Source: Smithellaceae bacterium (GTDB lineage Bacteria > Desulfobacterota > Syntrophia > Syntrophales > Smithellaceae). From it: DNA of 64,000 nucleotides. Shown here piece after piece: positions 1 through 10,153 of the stretch (position 1 is its first letter; each line of letters begins with the position of its first letter). The notes under the pieces are model-generated. The model saw only the letters and a program-made list of their open reading frames with translations, did no database searches and was not told the origin of the DNA. Location: contig JAQUVQ010000004.1 in assembly GCA_028693285.1 (NCBI GenBank), forward strand, positions 1,278-65,277, written 5' to 3'. The position numbers were made by a program, and so were the translations under genes.

Positions 1-401
1 CGTGAAATGCAGGCCAGGATCAGGCACGGAGCATCAAAGGCGGTCACCATGCCCGCATAGTATCTTTCCCTTCCGGCCTTGTCGTCCCTCGCGATTCCCT
101 GCGCGCTCAAAACGACTTTGCCGAGCTGTCCGTAGCGGGCTTTCATGGCGTCGGGCCATCTCTCCAGCATCGGCACATCCGACGCGACGGGCGCGCCGGT
201 CATGCTTTGCAGCAGATTCATTTCCTTGAATTTCTGCAGCGTTTTGCCTGTCAGCACGTACAAAGACCAGGGCTGGGTATTCCCCCAGGAAGGCGACCAG
301 CGGGCCGTCTCCAAAATATCCGTAATCACTTCCTTCGGAACGTTCCGAGGCTCAAACTTGCGAATGCTTCTTCTTCCCCGAATGGCAGCAGTCAATTCCA
401 T
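1..401 (-). CDS. nitroreductase family protein (N-terminal part; C-terminus lies beyond window start)
   Basis: Absent from ORF track because there is no stop in the window. Minus-strand ATG at 401 preceded by AGGAGG. Translation MELTAAIRGRRSIRKFEPRNVPKEVITDILETARWSPSWGNTQPW... carries the RRSxRxF and ARxxPSxxNxQPW nitroreductase signatures. Confidence 0.8.
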   Translation of the reverse strand, partial: MELTAAIRGRRSIRKFEPRNVPKEVITDILETARWSPSWGNTQPWSLYVLTGKTLQKFKEMNLLQSMTGAPVASDVPMLERWPDAMKARYGQLGKVVLSAQGIARDDKAGRERYYAGMVTAFDAPCLILACIS

Positions 402-487
402 GGCAACCTCCTTGCGTGATATGGCGGTTCATACAACATCCGACCAAATAAAAAAAGCGAGATGTGCAGTTTCTTCCCTCACCCCCG

Positions 488-1189
488 TCAGCCCATCAGC
501 CCCTCGTCCAGAAAGCTGAAATACGCGCCGTCGCCGATGATGATATGGTCCAGCACTTTCACGCCCATCAGCTTTCCCGCCGCGCACAGCTCCGCGGTAA
601 ATTTTTTATCTTCCGGGCTGGGCGACAGGTTCGCGCTGGGGTGATTATGCACGCAGATGATGGCGGCCGCGAAGTTTTGCAGGGCGTCGTGGATGATTTC
701 CCGCACGATGGGCATGGCCTGATTGACCGTTCCGACCGCGGCATTGCGGATGACGATCAGGCGATGATTGCTGTTGAGGTAGGCCACTTTGAACACCTCC
801 GTCTTGAGATCGCGCATCTGCGGCATGACGATTTCCGCCACATCCGCGGCGGTGCTGATTTTGCGCTGCTCCGGGCGGACTTCGACGTCGCGAAAGCGGC
901 GGCCGATCTCGAGGGCAGCATGAATCTGGGCGATTTTGGCAGGCCCCAGCCCTTTGAATCCTTGCCAGTCGCGGGCATCCGTCTGGCTCATATTCCGGAA
1001 GGTGCCGAATTTTTCCAGAATCTTTCGCGCCAGATCGATCGCGCTTTGCCCTTCCGCGCCGGTTCTGAGCAAAATGGCCAGAAGCTCGGAATTGCTCAAC
1101 TCGCGGGCGCCTTTGCCAAGCAGCTTTTCCCTGGGCCGGTCGTCTTCCGGCCAGTCCTTGATTCCCGAGGATTGAAGTTTTTCGCTCAT
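488..1189 (-). CDS. radC: RadC-like JAB/MPN domain protein
   Basis: 233 aa. ELLAILLRTG helix-hairpin-helix N-terminus and HNHPS...SPED JAB motif. ATG overlaps the stop of the upstream ligase gene (ATGA). Confidence 0.9.
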   Translation of the reverse strand: MSEKLQSSGIKDWPEDDRPREKLLGKGARELSNSELLAILLRTGAEGQSAIDLARKILEKFGTFRNMSQTDARDWQGFKGLGPAKIAQIHAALEIGRRFRDVEVRPEQRKISTAADVAEIVMPQMRDLKTEVFKVAYLNSNHRLIVIRNAAVGTVNQAMPIVREIIHDALQNFAAAIICVHNHPSANLSPSPEDKKFTAELCAAGKLMGVKVLDHIIIGDGAYFSFLDEGLMG

Positions 1190-3009
1190 CTTCCGCTTTC
1201 CCCTCCTTTGGGTGAATAGAGAAGCTCGATTTCGTTCCCGTAGCGGCGAACAATCTCCTGTCGGCGGATCTTCAGCGTCGGCGTCAATTCACCCGCCTCC
1301 TCCGTGAAATCCCTGGGAAGAATGGTGAAGCGCCTGATCTGTTCGTGCGGAGCCAGGCGGCGGTTGACCGCCTGCACATGCTCATCCACGGCCCGGAACA
1401 CCGCCGGATGGCCGGCCAGCACGCCGGGATCACGTTCTTCGATGGTTTTCCGGCCGGCAAACTCGATCAGCTCCTGCTCATTCAGGGTGATCAGCGCCGT
1501 GAGATATTTCCGGCGATCGCCGCACGCCATCGCCTGACTGATGAGCGGCATCGACCGGATCAGGTTCTCGATGTTCTGCGGAGCAATGTTCTTGCCGCCC
1601 GCCGTAACGATCAGGTCTTTCTTCCGGCCGGTAATGGAAAGAAATCCCTCGTCGTCGATAACGCCGATGTCGCCCGTGTGAAACCATCCTTCGGCGTCGA
1701 TGGCGGCGGCCGTTGCTTCCGGATCCTTGTAGTAGCCCTGAAAAAGGCCCCTTCCCCGAAGGAGCAGCTCGCCATCGCCGGCCACTTTTGCCTCCATACC
1801 CGGAATCAACTGCCCCACGGTTCCGAATTTATAATGTTCCGCGCGATTGACCGCCGCCGGCGCCACGGTTTCCGTCAACCCGTAACCCTCAAGAATCAAA
1901 AGCCCCACCGCATCGAAAAATTCGAGAAGCTCAAGCGGCATGGGCGCCGCTCCGCAAAGAAGATATTTGACCCGGCCGCCGAAAACATCATGAATTTTCG
2001 AAAAAACCAGACGATGGGCGATAGCGTGCTGCAGCGCCAGTGAAGCCGGCAAGGAGCGGTTGCTCCCGCGTTGAAGAGCGGCTTTCCGGCCCACGGCCAC
2101 GGCCCAGTGAAAAATGCGGCGCTTTACAGGCGATCCCGAATCCAGCATCTGGTGAACCCGGTTGTAGATACGCTCAAAAATCTGAGGCACGCTGACCTGA
2201 ACCGTCGGATGAAGCTCACGAAAATTGTCCACAAGCTTATCCAGGTTTTCGGCGTATGCCCCGACGATTCCAAGGTGCATCGCCGCATAGACGGTCATTC
2301 TCTGAAGCATATGGGTCAGAGGCAGAAAGGCGATGCCGAAATCGTTTTCATCGTAATGGTGCATTCGGGTCGCGTTCATCACGGTGAAATAAAGATTGGC
2401 GTGCGTAATCACGGCCCCCTTCGGCGGTCCCGTCGTTCCGGAGGTGTAGGCGATCGTCGCCGGATCTTCCGGCCGGACAGCCCGCCAGATCGTCTCAAAA
2501 CGGCTCGGGTCGGCTTCATAAGCGATCCGGCCGTGTGCGATCAAGCTTTCCAGCGTCATGACATCGGGGGGAAGCGGGCGGTCCGATGGTTCGAAAAGAA
2601 TCATGGTCCGGGGCAGACCCGTTTTCACCCGAACAGCCAGAAGCTTCTCCAGAAGCGGCTCGTCTTCGACAAAACAGATTTGCAATTCACTGTGAGAAAT
2701 GACATGCGTCATCTCCCAGAGGCTGGCCGACGGATAAATGCCGATCGCAACCCCGCCGGCGGTCAGAATGGTCATGTCGGCTTCGCTCCATTCCCTGCGC
2801 GTGCGGCTGATGATTCCAACAGCATCGCCCTTTTGTAATCCCAGGGAAACGAGTCCCATAACGGCCGCCGGCAGAGCCTCCAGCGCCTGCCGCCACGTCT
2901 TGGTTTGCCAGACACCCTCTTTTTTGGCCAGAGACATTCTTCGATCGCCGAAGCGGCGCGCCTGATGCATGAAGATCCCCATCACGGTCGGGGGATCATA
3001 TGACGGCAT
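1186..3009 (-). CDS. AMP-dependent long-chain acyl-CoA synthetase/ligase
   Basis: AMP-binding motif IAYTSGTTGPPKGA, later GWFHTGDIG and TPTLKIRR. The track ORF begins with TTG at 3021; the first ATG is at 3009. Start is uncertain. Confidence 0.85.
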   Translation of the reverse strand: MPSYDPPTVMGIFMHQARRFGDRRMSLAKKEGVWQTKTWRQALEALPAAVMGLVSLGLQKGDAVGIISRTRREWSEADMTILTAGGVAIGIYPSASLWEMTHVISHSELQICFVEDEPLLEKLLAVRVKTGLPRTMILFEPSDRPLPPDVMTLESLIAHGRIAYEADPSRFETIWRAVRPEDPATIAYTSGTTGPPKGAVITHANLYFTVMNATRMHHYDENDFGIAFLPLTHMLQRMTVYAAMHLGIVGAYAENLDKLVDNFRELHPTVQVSVPQIFERIYNRVHQMLDSGSPVKRRIFHWAVAVGRKAALQRGSNRSLPASLALQHAIAHRLVFSKIHDVFGGRVKYLLCGAAPMPLELLEFFDAVGLLILEGYGLTETVAPAAVNRAEHYKFGTVGQLIPGMEAKVAGDGELLLRGRGLFQGYYKDPEATAAAIDAEGWFHTGDIGVIDDEGFLSITGRKKDLIVTAGGKNIAPQNIENLIRSMPLISQAMACGDRRKYLTALITLNEQELIEFAGRKTIEERDPGVLAGHPAVFRAVDEHVQAVNRRLAPHEQIRRFTILPRDFTEEAGELTPTLKIRRQEIVRRYGNEIELLYSPKGGESGR

Positions 3010-3169
3010 GATCTCGTTCAAAAACAGATCCTTTGTCTTTTTGCAATTTTTTGTTGCTGGAATATAACCTTATGACCCGCGATCGTCAATCAACATCTTT
3101 GCCGGGGGTACATTTGCTTGACAAAATCATTCTTTCCCTCGATGATAGAATCCAAATTCAGGGAGCATC

Positions 3170-4312
3170 ATGCGCATATCAAACAACGACGATGGGATCT
3201 ACCGGCAACTGCAAATTCAACTGGACCGGTATCCGATCGGGTATCCCGCGACGAAAAGCGGCGTGGAAATCGATCTTCTGAAATATTTCTTTACGCCGCT
3301 GGAAGCAAAGATCGCCCTGTGTCTGACGCTTCGTTCCATTTCGCTGACACCCATCCGCAGGAGACTGAAAGGCCAATTTCACATCGACCTTTCCCCCGAA
3401 GAGATGTCTGCCCTGCTGGACAAAATGTTTCAAAAAGGCGTCATCCGCCGTTCGGAAAGCGCCGGTTCCTTTCACTACGGCATTGCCATGCTGGCCATCG
3501 GCATGTTTGAATACCACGTCGATGATCTTACCCCTGAACTCGTAAAAATGATGCACCAATATTTTGACGAAGCCTTCAGCGCGGAATTCTTCCGGTCCTC
3601 CCTGCCCCAACTTCGCACCAGCCCGCATCTGAAGGCCCTGGTTCCGGAATATCTTGTCGAACCCTACGACAACATGCGCCGCTTCATCCAACATACCCGC
3701 GAGACAATTCACGTGGCCAACTGCGTCTGCAAACAGGGAGAGGCGCTGCTGGGAAGGCCCTGCAAACAGACGGACCATTATGAAGTTTGTCTGCTCATCG
3801 GGAAAACCGGCTACGCCCAGCGCGGGCGGGCCAGAGAAATCTCCAAGGACGAATGTCTGAAGATCCTGGACATGGCGGAAGAAAGAGGAATGGTGCTGCA
3901 GCCGGGCAATTCCCGAAAGCCCGCCTGCATCTGCATTTGCTGCGGCTGCTGCTGCGGCGTTTTGACAACCGCCAAGAAACAGCCGCGACCCGCCCGGTTT
4001 TTCGCGACGAACTATTATGCGCGCATCGACGCCGAATCCTGCACGGGATGCGGCGTCTGCGTGAAGCGCTGTCAGATGGACGCGATCGTCGCGGACGGCA
4101 AAATCTTCCGGGTGGATCCGGACCGGTGCATCGGCTGCGGCTTGTGCGCAACCCGGTGCAAACCCAAGGCCGCTCGTCTCATCAGAAAAGACAGAATCAC
4201 CGTGCCTCCGATGAACACGGAAATGCTGTACTTGAGCATCCTGATGGAACGGGCGGGAAGAAAAAAGATGATCGTCAACATGCTGAAGCTTCTTTTCGGC
4301 CAACCATTATAA
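3170..4312 (+). CDS. 4Fe-4S dicluster domain protein
   Basis: Two ferredoxin motifs, CTGCGVCVKRC and CIGCGLCATRC, plus a Cys-rich CICICCGCCCG stretch. AGGGAG lies upstream of the ATG. Confidence 0.75.
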   Translation: MRISNNDDGIYRQLQIQLDRYPIGYPATKSGVEIDLLKYFFTPLEAKIALCLTLRSISLTPIRRRLKGQFHIDLSPEEMSALLDKMFQKGVIRRSESAGSFHYGIAMLAIGMFEYHVDDLTPELVKMMHQYFDEAFSAEFFRSSLPQLRTSPHLKALVPEYLVEPYDNMRRFIQHTRETIHVANCVCKQGEALLGRPCKQTDHYEVCLLIGKTGYAQRGRAREISKDECLKILDMAEERGMVLQPGNSRKPACICICCGCCCGVLTTAKKQPRPARFFATNYYARIDAESCTGCGVCVKRCQMDAIVADGKIFRVDPDRCIGCGLCATRCKPKAARLIRKDRITVPPMNTEMLYLSILMERAGRKKMIVNMLKLLFGQPL

Positions 4313-4340
4313 AGGGATCTCCCATGCCTGCCTTCGGGCA

Positions 4341-5387
4341 TCATCCCTCAATTCCAAACCATTTCAGGATTGTGCCGTTTGTTTCACGCGGGTAGGCATG
4401 TGATAGATCGGGAATCACCTTGAGCTTGAGATCCACGCCCGATTGTTGCAAATACCGGCTAGCCTGCACCGTCCGCTCCACCGGAAAGATCCAATCCTGC
4501 GCACCGTGAATCCACAGCACATGTTTTTCTTCGGGCCGGTTTATCTTCACCGGAGGCAAAGCGCAGGAAACGGCTGCAATCTTCGAGAAAATACCTTCCT
4601 CCCGGGTCAGTCCCAGGGCCAGGGCAAAGGTCCCGCCGTCGGACATTCCGGTCAAAAGAATGCGGTTTCGGTCAATGGGAACGCGGGAGCAAACCTCCTC
4701 CAGATGTTGCGTCAGGGCTTTTCCATCGAGATCAATGCGGCCGATTGACCAGGTCATGGCCTGCGCGGTTGGGGCGCAAATAACAAACCCCCTGCTTCTC
4801 GCCTCCCGAATCCAGGTCCAGATAAAATCTCTGCCGTGGCCGTATCCGCCATGCAGCGCGACAACCAGCGGCCGGGCGCTCGCTAAGAAAGGGGATGAAG
4901 GAATGTAGAGGGAATAACCGCCCCTGGCGCGCAGGTCACTGTTTGCACCGACATGCATCAGGCCGACGCGGGAATCCCCGGTGGATGGCTCGGGCAAGAT
5001 GTCAGCTCCCGGTTCCGAAAAGTAACGGTGAACGGCGGGGAAAAGGCGGCAGAGTGGAAACAGCGCTTCCTGCGCCCGGCATGTTCTGCGTGAAGCGCGA
5101 AGCGCGGAGAAAAAAGCGTCCTGAAGGTCTTCTTCCCTGCCGAAATTTTTGACGGCCTGAAGGAGAAAATCGCAGGCGCGCAAAAGCGCCTGACGGTCTT
5201 CTTCCGACCGGGCGTTGCAGTCTTCCGTCTTCAATGATGCCCGGACAGCCGCCAGCACGGGTTCATAAACGGCCAGTTCACCCCGAATGGCGGGAACCGC
5301 CAGGGGGTGCAGTCTGCGCATGCCCGCTTCGAATGCCGTCAAAACGGAAACCAGCGTCGCCGATAGGTTTTCCAGGTTTGTTGTCAT
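4341..5387 (-). CDS. alpha/beta-hydrolase (phospholipase/carboxylesterase-type esterase)
   Basis: VVALHGGYGHG and nucleophile-elbow GMSDGG motifs. The track ORF extends to 5711, but ATG 5387 (MTTNLENL) overlaps the upstream gene's TGA (ATGA), which suggests translational coupling. Confidence 0.75.
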   Translation of the reverse strand: MTTNLENLSATLVSVLTAFEAGMRRLHPLAVPAIRGELAVYEPVLAAVRASLKTEDCNARSEEDRQALLRACDFLLQAVKNFGREEDLQDAFFSALRASRRTCRAQEALFPLCRLFPAVHRYFSEPGADILPEPSTGDSRVGLMHVGANSDLRARGGYSLYIPSSPFLASARPLVVALHGGYGHGRDFIWTWIREARSRGFVICAPTAQAMTWSIGRIDLDGKALTQHLEEVCSRVPIDRNRILLTGMSDGGTFALALGLTREEGIFSKIAAVSCALPPVKINRPEEKHVLWIHGAQDWIFPVERTVQASRYLQQSGVDLKLKVIPDLSHAYPRETNGTILKWFGIEG

Positions 5388-6682
5388 ACCTTCTGATCGC
5401 TCAGGATCTTGTCCGCGGCTTTCATTGCGGAAGAAAAACTGATGTCGCCCGAGCAGCCGTCCCCTCTCACCGTATCGCCGATAAAATAGAGTCCACTGAT
5501 TCCCGAACATTCGATATCCGGCCGGTTCGGTTTGGACTGCGCCGGCGTCAGGACATTCCCGTTCATGACCGTCGCGACAATTTTTCTCTCTTCGATCACC
5601 GCGGGCAAAAAATCCGGAAAAACAGCCGAGATCACGCTTTTCATTCTTTGCTCCGCACCGGCGACGACGCTCGCGTCGCCGTCGAAATGCCACGGCAGCA
5701 TAATTCCCCAACTGGAAAGATGCTTCCCGTCGGGGGTAAACGAAGGATCGGCGCTGGACTGGAAGCGCGCCCAGATCGGGACGTCTACGCCGAGAATCCC
5801 GGCACGAATGCCGGTAATGGGTCTGTCCGTGATGAAATCAATGACCAGACCGGAACTGTGCTCAATATTTTTCGCGTAATTCACAACGGTCGCGGGCAGC
5901 AGTGAACGGTCGAGCAGATCAACGGCCAGGGGAAGCCGGGCGGCAAAAAGCACAACCGACGCTGGATAGGTCGCCCGTCCGGTTTTCACGCCCGTGACCC
6001 GCCGGCTTTCGATGATGATTTTTTCCGCTTTTTCATGAAGGTGAATTTCACCGCCCCTGTCGATGTGCCGGCTCAGCGTTTGAAAGATTCCGGCGGATCC
6101 GCCGCGAGGCTCCCCGACGCCGACACCGGCCGCCAGCACCCGCTTTAAGAAGTCGATCACTTCACCCGCGCTGACCTTATCCGGATCGGGACACATGATC
6201 GTCATCCCCAGAAACGGCAGGAAGGCCTCGACTTCCGGATTCCGGAAGGAGGTTTTGTAAAAATCCAGGAGTGTCTTATGATACCAAGTCGCCGGATCGG
6301 TCTTTTTAATTTTGGCAAACAATGCCAGAAGCACCAACCTGGCCCGAAACGACAGCATGGGGGTTTTCAAAAAACCAATCGGCCCTTCGGGTCTTTCCCA
6401 GAGCCTGCCTTTGAAGATCAGTTTGCCGTCATGTGCCTCGGGCAGAAAATCGATTTTTTCTCCCAGTCTTCTGAACACCTCGTTGGCGATGCCCTTGTGC
6501 GCAAGCCTGTGCGAATGCGCCCCGTATTCCCGAATATATCCTTCTTCATCCCGAAACGATCGGGCGCGGCCGCCGACGATTTCGGATTCTTCCAAAACAA
6601 TCACCTTCCAACCGGCGTGGGAAAGAAGCGCCGCGGCGCTCATTCCCGCGTACCCCGCCCCGATGATGACCGCATCCGGCAT
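5384..6682 (-). CDS. FAD/NAD(P)-dependent oxidoreductase (phytoene desaturase-like family)
   Basis: Dinucleotide-binding fingerprint MPDAVIIGAGYAGMSAAALLSHAGWKVIVLEESEIVGGR. GGAGGGAGG lies upstream of ATG 6682. Confidence 0.8.
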   Translation of the reverse strand: MPDAVIIGAGYAGMSAAALLSHAGWKVIVLEESEIVGGRARSFRDEEGYIREYGAHSHRLAHKGIANEVFRRLGEKIDFLPEAHDGKLIFKGRLWERPEGPIGFLKTPMLSFRARLVLLALFAKIKKTDPATWYHKTLLDFYKTSFRNPEVEAFLPFLGMTIMCPDPDKVSAGEVIDFLKRVLAAGVGVGEPRGGSAGIFQTLSRHIDRGGEIHLHEKAEKIIIESRRVTGVKTGRATYPASVVLFAARLPLAVDLLDRSLLPATVVNYAKNIEHSSGLVIDFITDRPITGIRAGILGVDVPIWARFQSSADPSFTPDGKHLSSWGIMLPWHFDGDASVVAGAEQRMKSVISAVFPDFLPAVIEERKIVATVMNGNVLTPAQSKPNRPDIECSGISGLYFIGDTVRGDGCSGDISFSSAMKAADKILSDQKV

Positions 6683-6872
6683 AGCCCCCTCCCTCCACGA
6701 ACATGATTGATGTTTTCTTTCTAGCACTTTTCCCGCACAGTGAAAAGTTCTGTTGCAAGAGTATTGTAAAATCACACGGACAAAAAATTTGGCTTTCCCA
6801 AAAACGTCCTATTGACGTATGATGCGGCCATTAGTCTGATTCGGAAATCAAAAGGGCCAAAGGGAGGTTAAG

Positions 6873-7700
6873 ATGCCTCATCAAAATCGGTTTTTGGGTT
6901 GGGAGAATCCGGGCAAAGCGCTGATCACCGGAGCATCGGCCGGGATTGGACTGAGCTTCGCCAAGCAACTTGCGCAAAAGGGTTTCGATCTGATCCTGCT
7001 GGCCAGGCGCAAGGATCGGCTGGAAAGCGCGGCAAAAAAGCTGGAATCCGACTACCGCATCCGCTGCGAGATTATCGCCGCGGACCTCTCCGATATGGAT
7101 CAAATCGAAAAAACAGCCGATCTCATTTACACCATCGAGGGCCTGGATGTTTTGATCAACAACGCCGGCTTTGCCACCATCGGCCCCTTTGCCGGGGTTC
7201 CCCTGGAAAAATCGATGCGGATGTTTCACCTGCACGCAACGGCCTGCGTGATGCTGACGCATGCCGTCCTTGAGGGCATGTTGAGAAGAAGACGGGGCGC
7301 GATCATCAACCTGTCCTCCGTCGCCGCCTTCGCTCTGACGCCGGGCAACGTGATGTATGACGCGACCAAGGCATTCGTCAAAACATTTTCAGAAAACCTT
7401 CAACTGGAAATGGAAGACGCCGATGTTCGAATTCAGGCCCTGTGCCCGGGATTCACGCGCACGGAATTTCATGAGGTGGGTGATTTTATCCATTTTGACC
7501 GGCGCGAGATTCCGGATCCGCTGTGGATGTCTTCCGATCGGGTCGTGTCCCTGTCGCTGAAAGCGCTGGAAAACAAACGAAAAACTGTCTTTATTCCCGG
7601 TTGGAAGAACCGTTTCTACGTATGGCTTCTTCAACACAGCGCAGTCGTGCGATCCATCGTTCAAGACAGCGTAAAAAAACGAAGTCAGAAGAAACGTTAA
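6873..7700 (+). CDS. SDR family short-chain dehydrogenase/reductase
   Basis: TGASAGIG cofactor motif, NNAG, and YDATK active-site motif. GGGAGG SD. Confidence 0.9.
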   Translation: MPHQNRFLGWENPGKALITGASAGIGLSFAKQLAQKGFDLILLARRKDRLESAAKKLESDYRIRCEIIAADLSDMDQIEKTADLIYTIEGLDVLINNAGFATIGPFAGVPLEKSMRMFHLHATACVMLTHAVLEGMLRRRRGAIINLSSVAAFALTPGNVMYDATKAFVKTFSENLQLEMEDADVRIQALCPGFTRTEFHEVGDFIHFDRREIPDPLWMSSDRVVSLSLKALENKRKTVFIPGWKNRFYVWLLQHSAVVRSIVQDSVKKRSQKKR

Positions 7701-7716
7701 AAAGCGGGAATCGCGT

Positions 7717-8904
7717 TCAGAGTCCGGCGAATCCTCTTTCCAGATCGGCAATAATATCCTCGACGTCTTCAATGCCGACGGCCAGCCGGAACAGATTGTC
7801 CACAATGCCGAGGTCGTAGCGCTGCTCCCGGGTGTAGCGGTAATAGGTTACCGTCGCGGGATGCGTGATCAGCGTCTCCACGCCGCCCAGACTGGGCGCG
7901 ATATAGATCATCTCGAGCGCATCCATGAACCTTTTTGCCGCGTCCAGATCGCCTTTGACGGTAAAGGTGACGACACCTCCTCCGCCCCTCATCTGCTCTT
8001 TGGCGATGGAATAATGATCATGGCTTTTCAAAAAGGGATAGTAGGCTCTTTCAATCTTCGGGTGCCGCTCCAGATACTCGGCGATCTTCAAAGCGTTTTC
8101 ATTTTGCGTCTTCACCCGGAGCGGAAACGTTTTCAGCCCCCGCAAAAGCAGATAACAGCAGTGCGGATCAATCACGCCGCCCATGGATTTGTGCAGTTCC
8201 CGAACTTTGCTGACCAGCTCCTTTTTTCCCAGAAGCACGCCGGCCAGAATGTCGTTATGGCCGGCAAGATACTTGGTCGCGCTGTGAATCACCAGATCGA
8301 TGCCGTAATCCAGCGGCCGCTGGTTGAACGGCGTGGCAAAGGTGGAATCGATGATGGTGATGACCTTGTGCTTGTCCCCGATTTTCTTGAATTTAACCAT
8401 GTCAAAAACGTTGAGGTACGGATTGGTCGGGGATTCCGAGAAAATAAAACGCGTGTTCTTCTTGACGGCGGCGTCCAGAACTTCATAGTCGCCGAACGGC
8501 ACGATCGTGCATTCGATGCCGAACCGCTTGAGGTAGGATCGGCAAAATTCCAGGGTTTTCCCGTAGCAATCATCGGTGATGACAATGTGGTCTCCGGTCT
8601 GCACCAGGGCGAGAATGGTGGTGGTAATGGCCATCATGCCGGAAGAAAACATCAACCCGTCCTCCGCGCCGTCCAGCTCCGCCAGACGCCGCTCGGCCAC
8701 CTTTTCCGTCGGATTGCCGTATCGGCCGTATTCATAGCGTTTTTTATCATTCTTGGTGTAGGCTTCAATTTCCCTGCTGTCCTTAAAAGAATAAGTGGAC
8801 GACTGGACAATGGGAGTGGTGATCGAGTCGGCATAGCGCGCCCGGTCCTCCCCCGCATGGATGGACTTTGTAAAAATCGATTCTGATTTATCTTTTTCCT
8901 TCAT
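7717..8904 (-). CDS. PLP-dependent trans-sulfuration enzyme (cystathionine gamma-synthase/beta-lyase family)
   Basis: Cys/Met-metabolism PLP family features, including SATKYLAGHND (PLP lysine). Start taken at MKEKDKSES (ATG 8904) rather than the track start 9021. Confidence 0.85.
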   Translation of the reverse strand: MKEKDKSESIFTKSIHAGEDRARYADSITTPIVQSSTYSFKDSREIEAYTKNDKKRYEYGRYGNPTEKVAERRLAELDGAEDGLMFSSGMMAITTTILALVQTGDHIVITDDCYGKTLEFCRSYLKRFGIECTIVPFGDYEVLDAAVKKNTRFIFSESPTNPYLNVFDMVKFKKIGDKHKVITIIDSTFATPFNQRPLDYGIDLVIHSATKYLAGHNDILAGVLLGKKELVSKVRELHKSMGGVIDPHCCYLLLRGLKTFPLRVKTQNENALKIAEYLERHPKIERAYYPFLKSHDHYSIAKEQMRGGGGVVTFTVKGDLDAAKRFMDALEMIYIAPSLGGVETLITHPATVTYYRYTREQRYDLGIVDNLFRLAVGIEDVEDIIADLERGFAGL

Positions 8905-8959
8905 GGCTTCCTTTCCATCAAGCAAAGAAGAGGAACAAGGCTTGCTTTCACTTTGCGGC

Positions 8960-8988
8960 AGTATAAAAAGAAGGTCTGGGTATGTCAA
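8960..8988 (-). promoter_or_regulatory. candidate sigma70 promoter for the 7717..8904 gene
   Basis: Minus strand reads TTGACA, a 17-nt spacer, then TATACT, about 55 nt upstream of the ATG. Confidence 0.45.
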
Positions 8989-9036
8989 TGGACAATTTCG
9001 CAGATCATTTAGCAGCAACAATTGACCTCACAGGTA

Positions 9037-9065
9037 TTGACATTTTGCATCTTGATCTCTAGATT
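9037..9065 (+). promoter_or_regulatory. candidate sigma70 promoter for the zinc-ribbon gene
   Basis: TTGACA, 17-nt spacer, TAGATT, 20 nt upstream of ATG 9086. Divergent from the promoter above. Confidence 0.35.
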
Positions 9066-9085
9066 TAGAAAAAAAGGGGCAAGAT

Positions 9086-9334
9086 ATGCCGATTTACGAA
9101 TACGAATGCAGTAAATGCAAAAAACAATATGAAGTGGTTACTCTGAGTCTCAGTGAAAAACCAAATCCCGTGTGCCCGAAATGTAAATCCAAAAAGGCCA
9201 ATAAACTGGTTTCCAAAGTCGGGAAGGGAAAATACGGATCATTGAAGTCGGGCGGATCCGCGAGCAGTAGCGCACCAAGCAGTTCCGGGTGCGCATCCTG
9301 CAGTTCATCGAACTGCTCATCCTGCGGACACTAA
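9086..9334 (+). CDS. FmdB-family zinc-ribbon protein
   Basis: MPIYEYECSKCKK...VCPKCKS (CxxC...CxxC) with a Ser/Cys-rich tail, typical of the CxxC_CxxC_SSSS family. Confidence 0.8.
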   Translation: MPIYEYECSKCKKQYEVVTLSLSEKPNPVCPKCKSKKANKLVSKVGKGKYGSLKSGGSASSSAPSSSGCASCSSSNCSSCGH

Positions 9335-9671
9335 AGCTTCATTTTTCTGACTCATTTCTCTGATTGACGATTTTTCTTAAACAGGTATAATAAAAGCAGG
9401 AATTGATCGTTGGTGATCCTGCGCTTTTTCCGGTACACAGCTTCTTTGCCTGCCCTGATTTCCTGAAGATTTTCAAAACCTAAGCCTCCCCTGACCGCGG
9501 AACCATCGTCTTGAGCGCTTCCAGTTGTTTCAACAGGATCATTCCCAGACGGGGAACTTGTAAGATTTCGATATATTTGATGAAAGCTCATCAACGCGTC
9601 ATGACCAGCTTCGAAAGCCGGCCTTCAGCGTTTACCTATTTTTAACCATTCACGAGAAAGGAGAATGAATC

Positions 9672-9878
9672 ATGAGCAGCATTTACAAGGTTATCGAAAT
9701 CATCGGCGGCAGTGAAAAGTCATGGGAAGATGCAGCCAAAAAGGCCGTGGAAACGGCAGCCAAGAGTCTGAAGGACATCCGCATTGCGGAAGTCAAAGAG
9801 ATGGACCTGAGAACCGAAGAAGGCAAGGTCGTTGAATATCGGGTGAAGCTGCGAGTATCTTTTAAGTACACACCATAG
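9672..9878 (+). CDS. dodecin family (flavin-binding) protein
   Basis: 68 aa, YKVIEIIGGSEKSWEDAAKKAVETAAKSLKDIRIAEV...VEYRVKLRVSF, which matches the dodecin pattern. AAAGGAG SD. Confidence 0.85.
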   Translation: MSSIYKVIEIIGGSEKSWEDAAKKAVETAAKSLKDIRIAEVKEMDLRTEEGKVVEYRVKLRVSFKYTP

Positions 9879-9932
9879 GAAGCGCCCCTGCCGGGCAAAC
9901 ACCGGTCAACAGTCTGTCATCCAACAGCGAAT

Positions 9933-9956
9933 GGCGGCGGATATTTTTCCGCCGCC
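9933..9956. terminator. GC hairpin between convergent genes
   Basis: GGCGGCGG-atattttt-CCGCCGCC, perfect 8-bp stem, between the dodecin stop and the small minus-strand ORF stop. No strong U-tract on either strand. Confidence 0.4.
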
Positions 9957-9981
9957 GGGAGGAACGGTGAGGTACGTGCGC

Positions 9982-10083
9982 TCAGAGATGGATGCCTTCG
10001 GTCAGATTGATAAACAAGGCCGGCAAACCGACGGCATCCACGGCTACAAACAACAGCACAAAACAAAGCCAGAACGATTTCAT
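9982..10083 (-). CDS. candidate 33-aa hydrophobic small protein
   Basis: Below the track size cut-off. GGGGAGG lies 7 nt upstream of the ATG. MKSFWLCFVLLFVAVDAVGLPALFINLTEGIHL looks like one transmembrane helix. Sits 70 nt downstream of, and co-directional with, the radical SAM gene, and is followed by the hairpin above. Confidence 0.35.
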   Translation of the reverse strand: MKSFWLCFVLLFVAVDAVGLPALFINLTEGIHL

Positions 10084-10153
10084 TGGAACACCTCCCCTGC
10101 CGATAATGATGCAACCATAGTATTTTCCCAAAAACGTGAAAAGTACCCGGCCG

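Noticed and set aside
4341-5711. Long N-terminal extensions in track ORFs (4341..5711, 42487..43968, 27177..28667, 28867..30630, 38718..39701, 53435..56137, 41112..42707, 18387..18911)
   Set aside because: The extensions overlap upstream genes or promoters, are Arg-rich, and precede internal ATG/GTG/TTG codons that have SDs and family-typical N-termini. The shorter starts were used.
9352-9594. 80-aa minus-strand ORF in the 338-bp gap between the zinc-ribbon and dodecin genes
   Set aside because: No SD and no recognisable motif. Neighbouring frames give equally plausible short peptides, so it may be a decayed remnant. Not enough evidence to call a gene. The gap remains unexplained.
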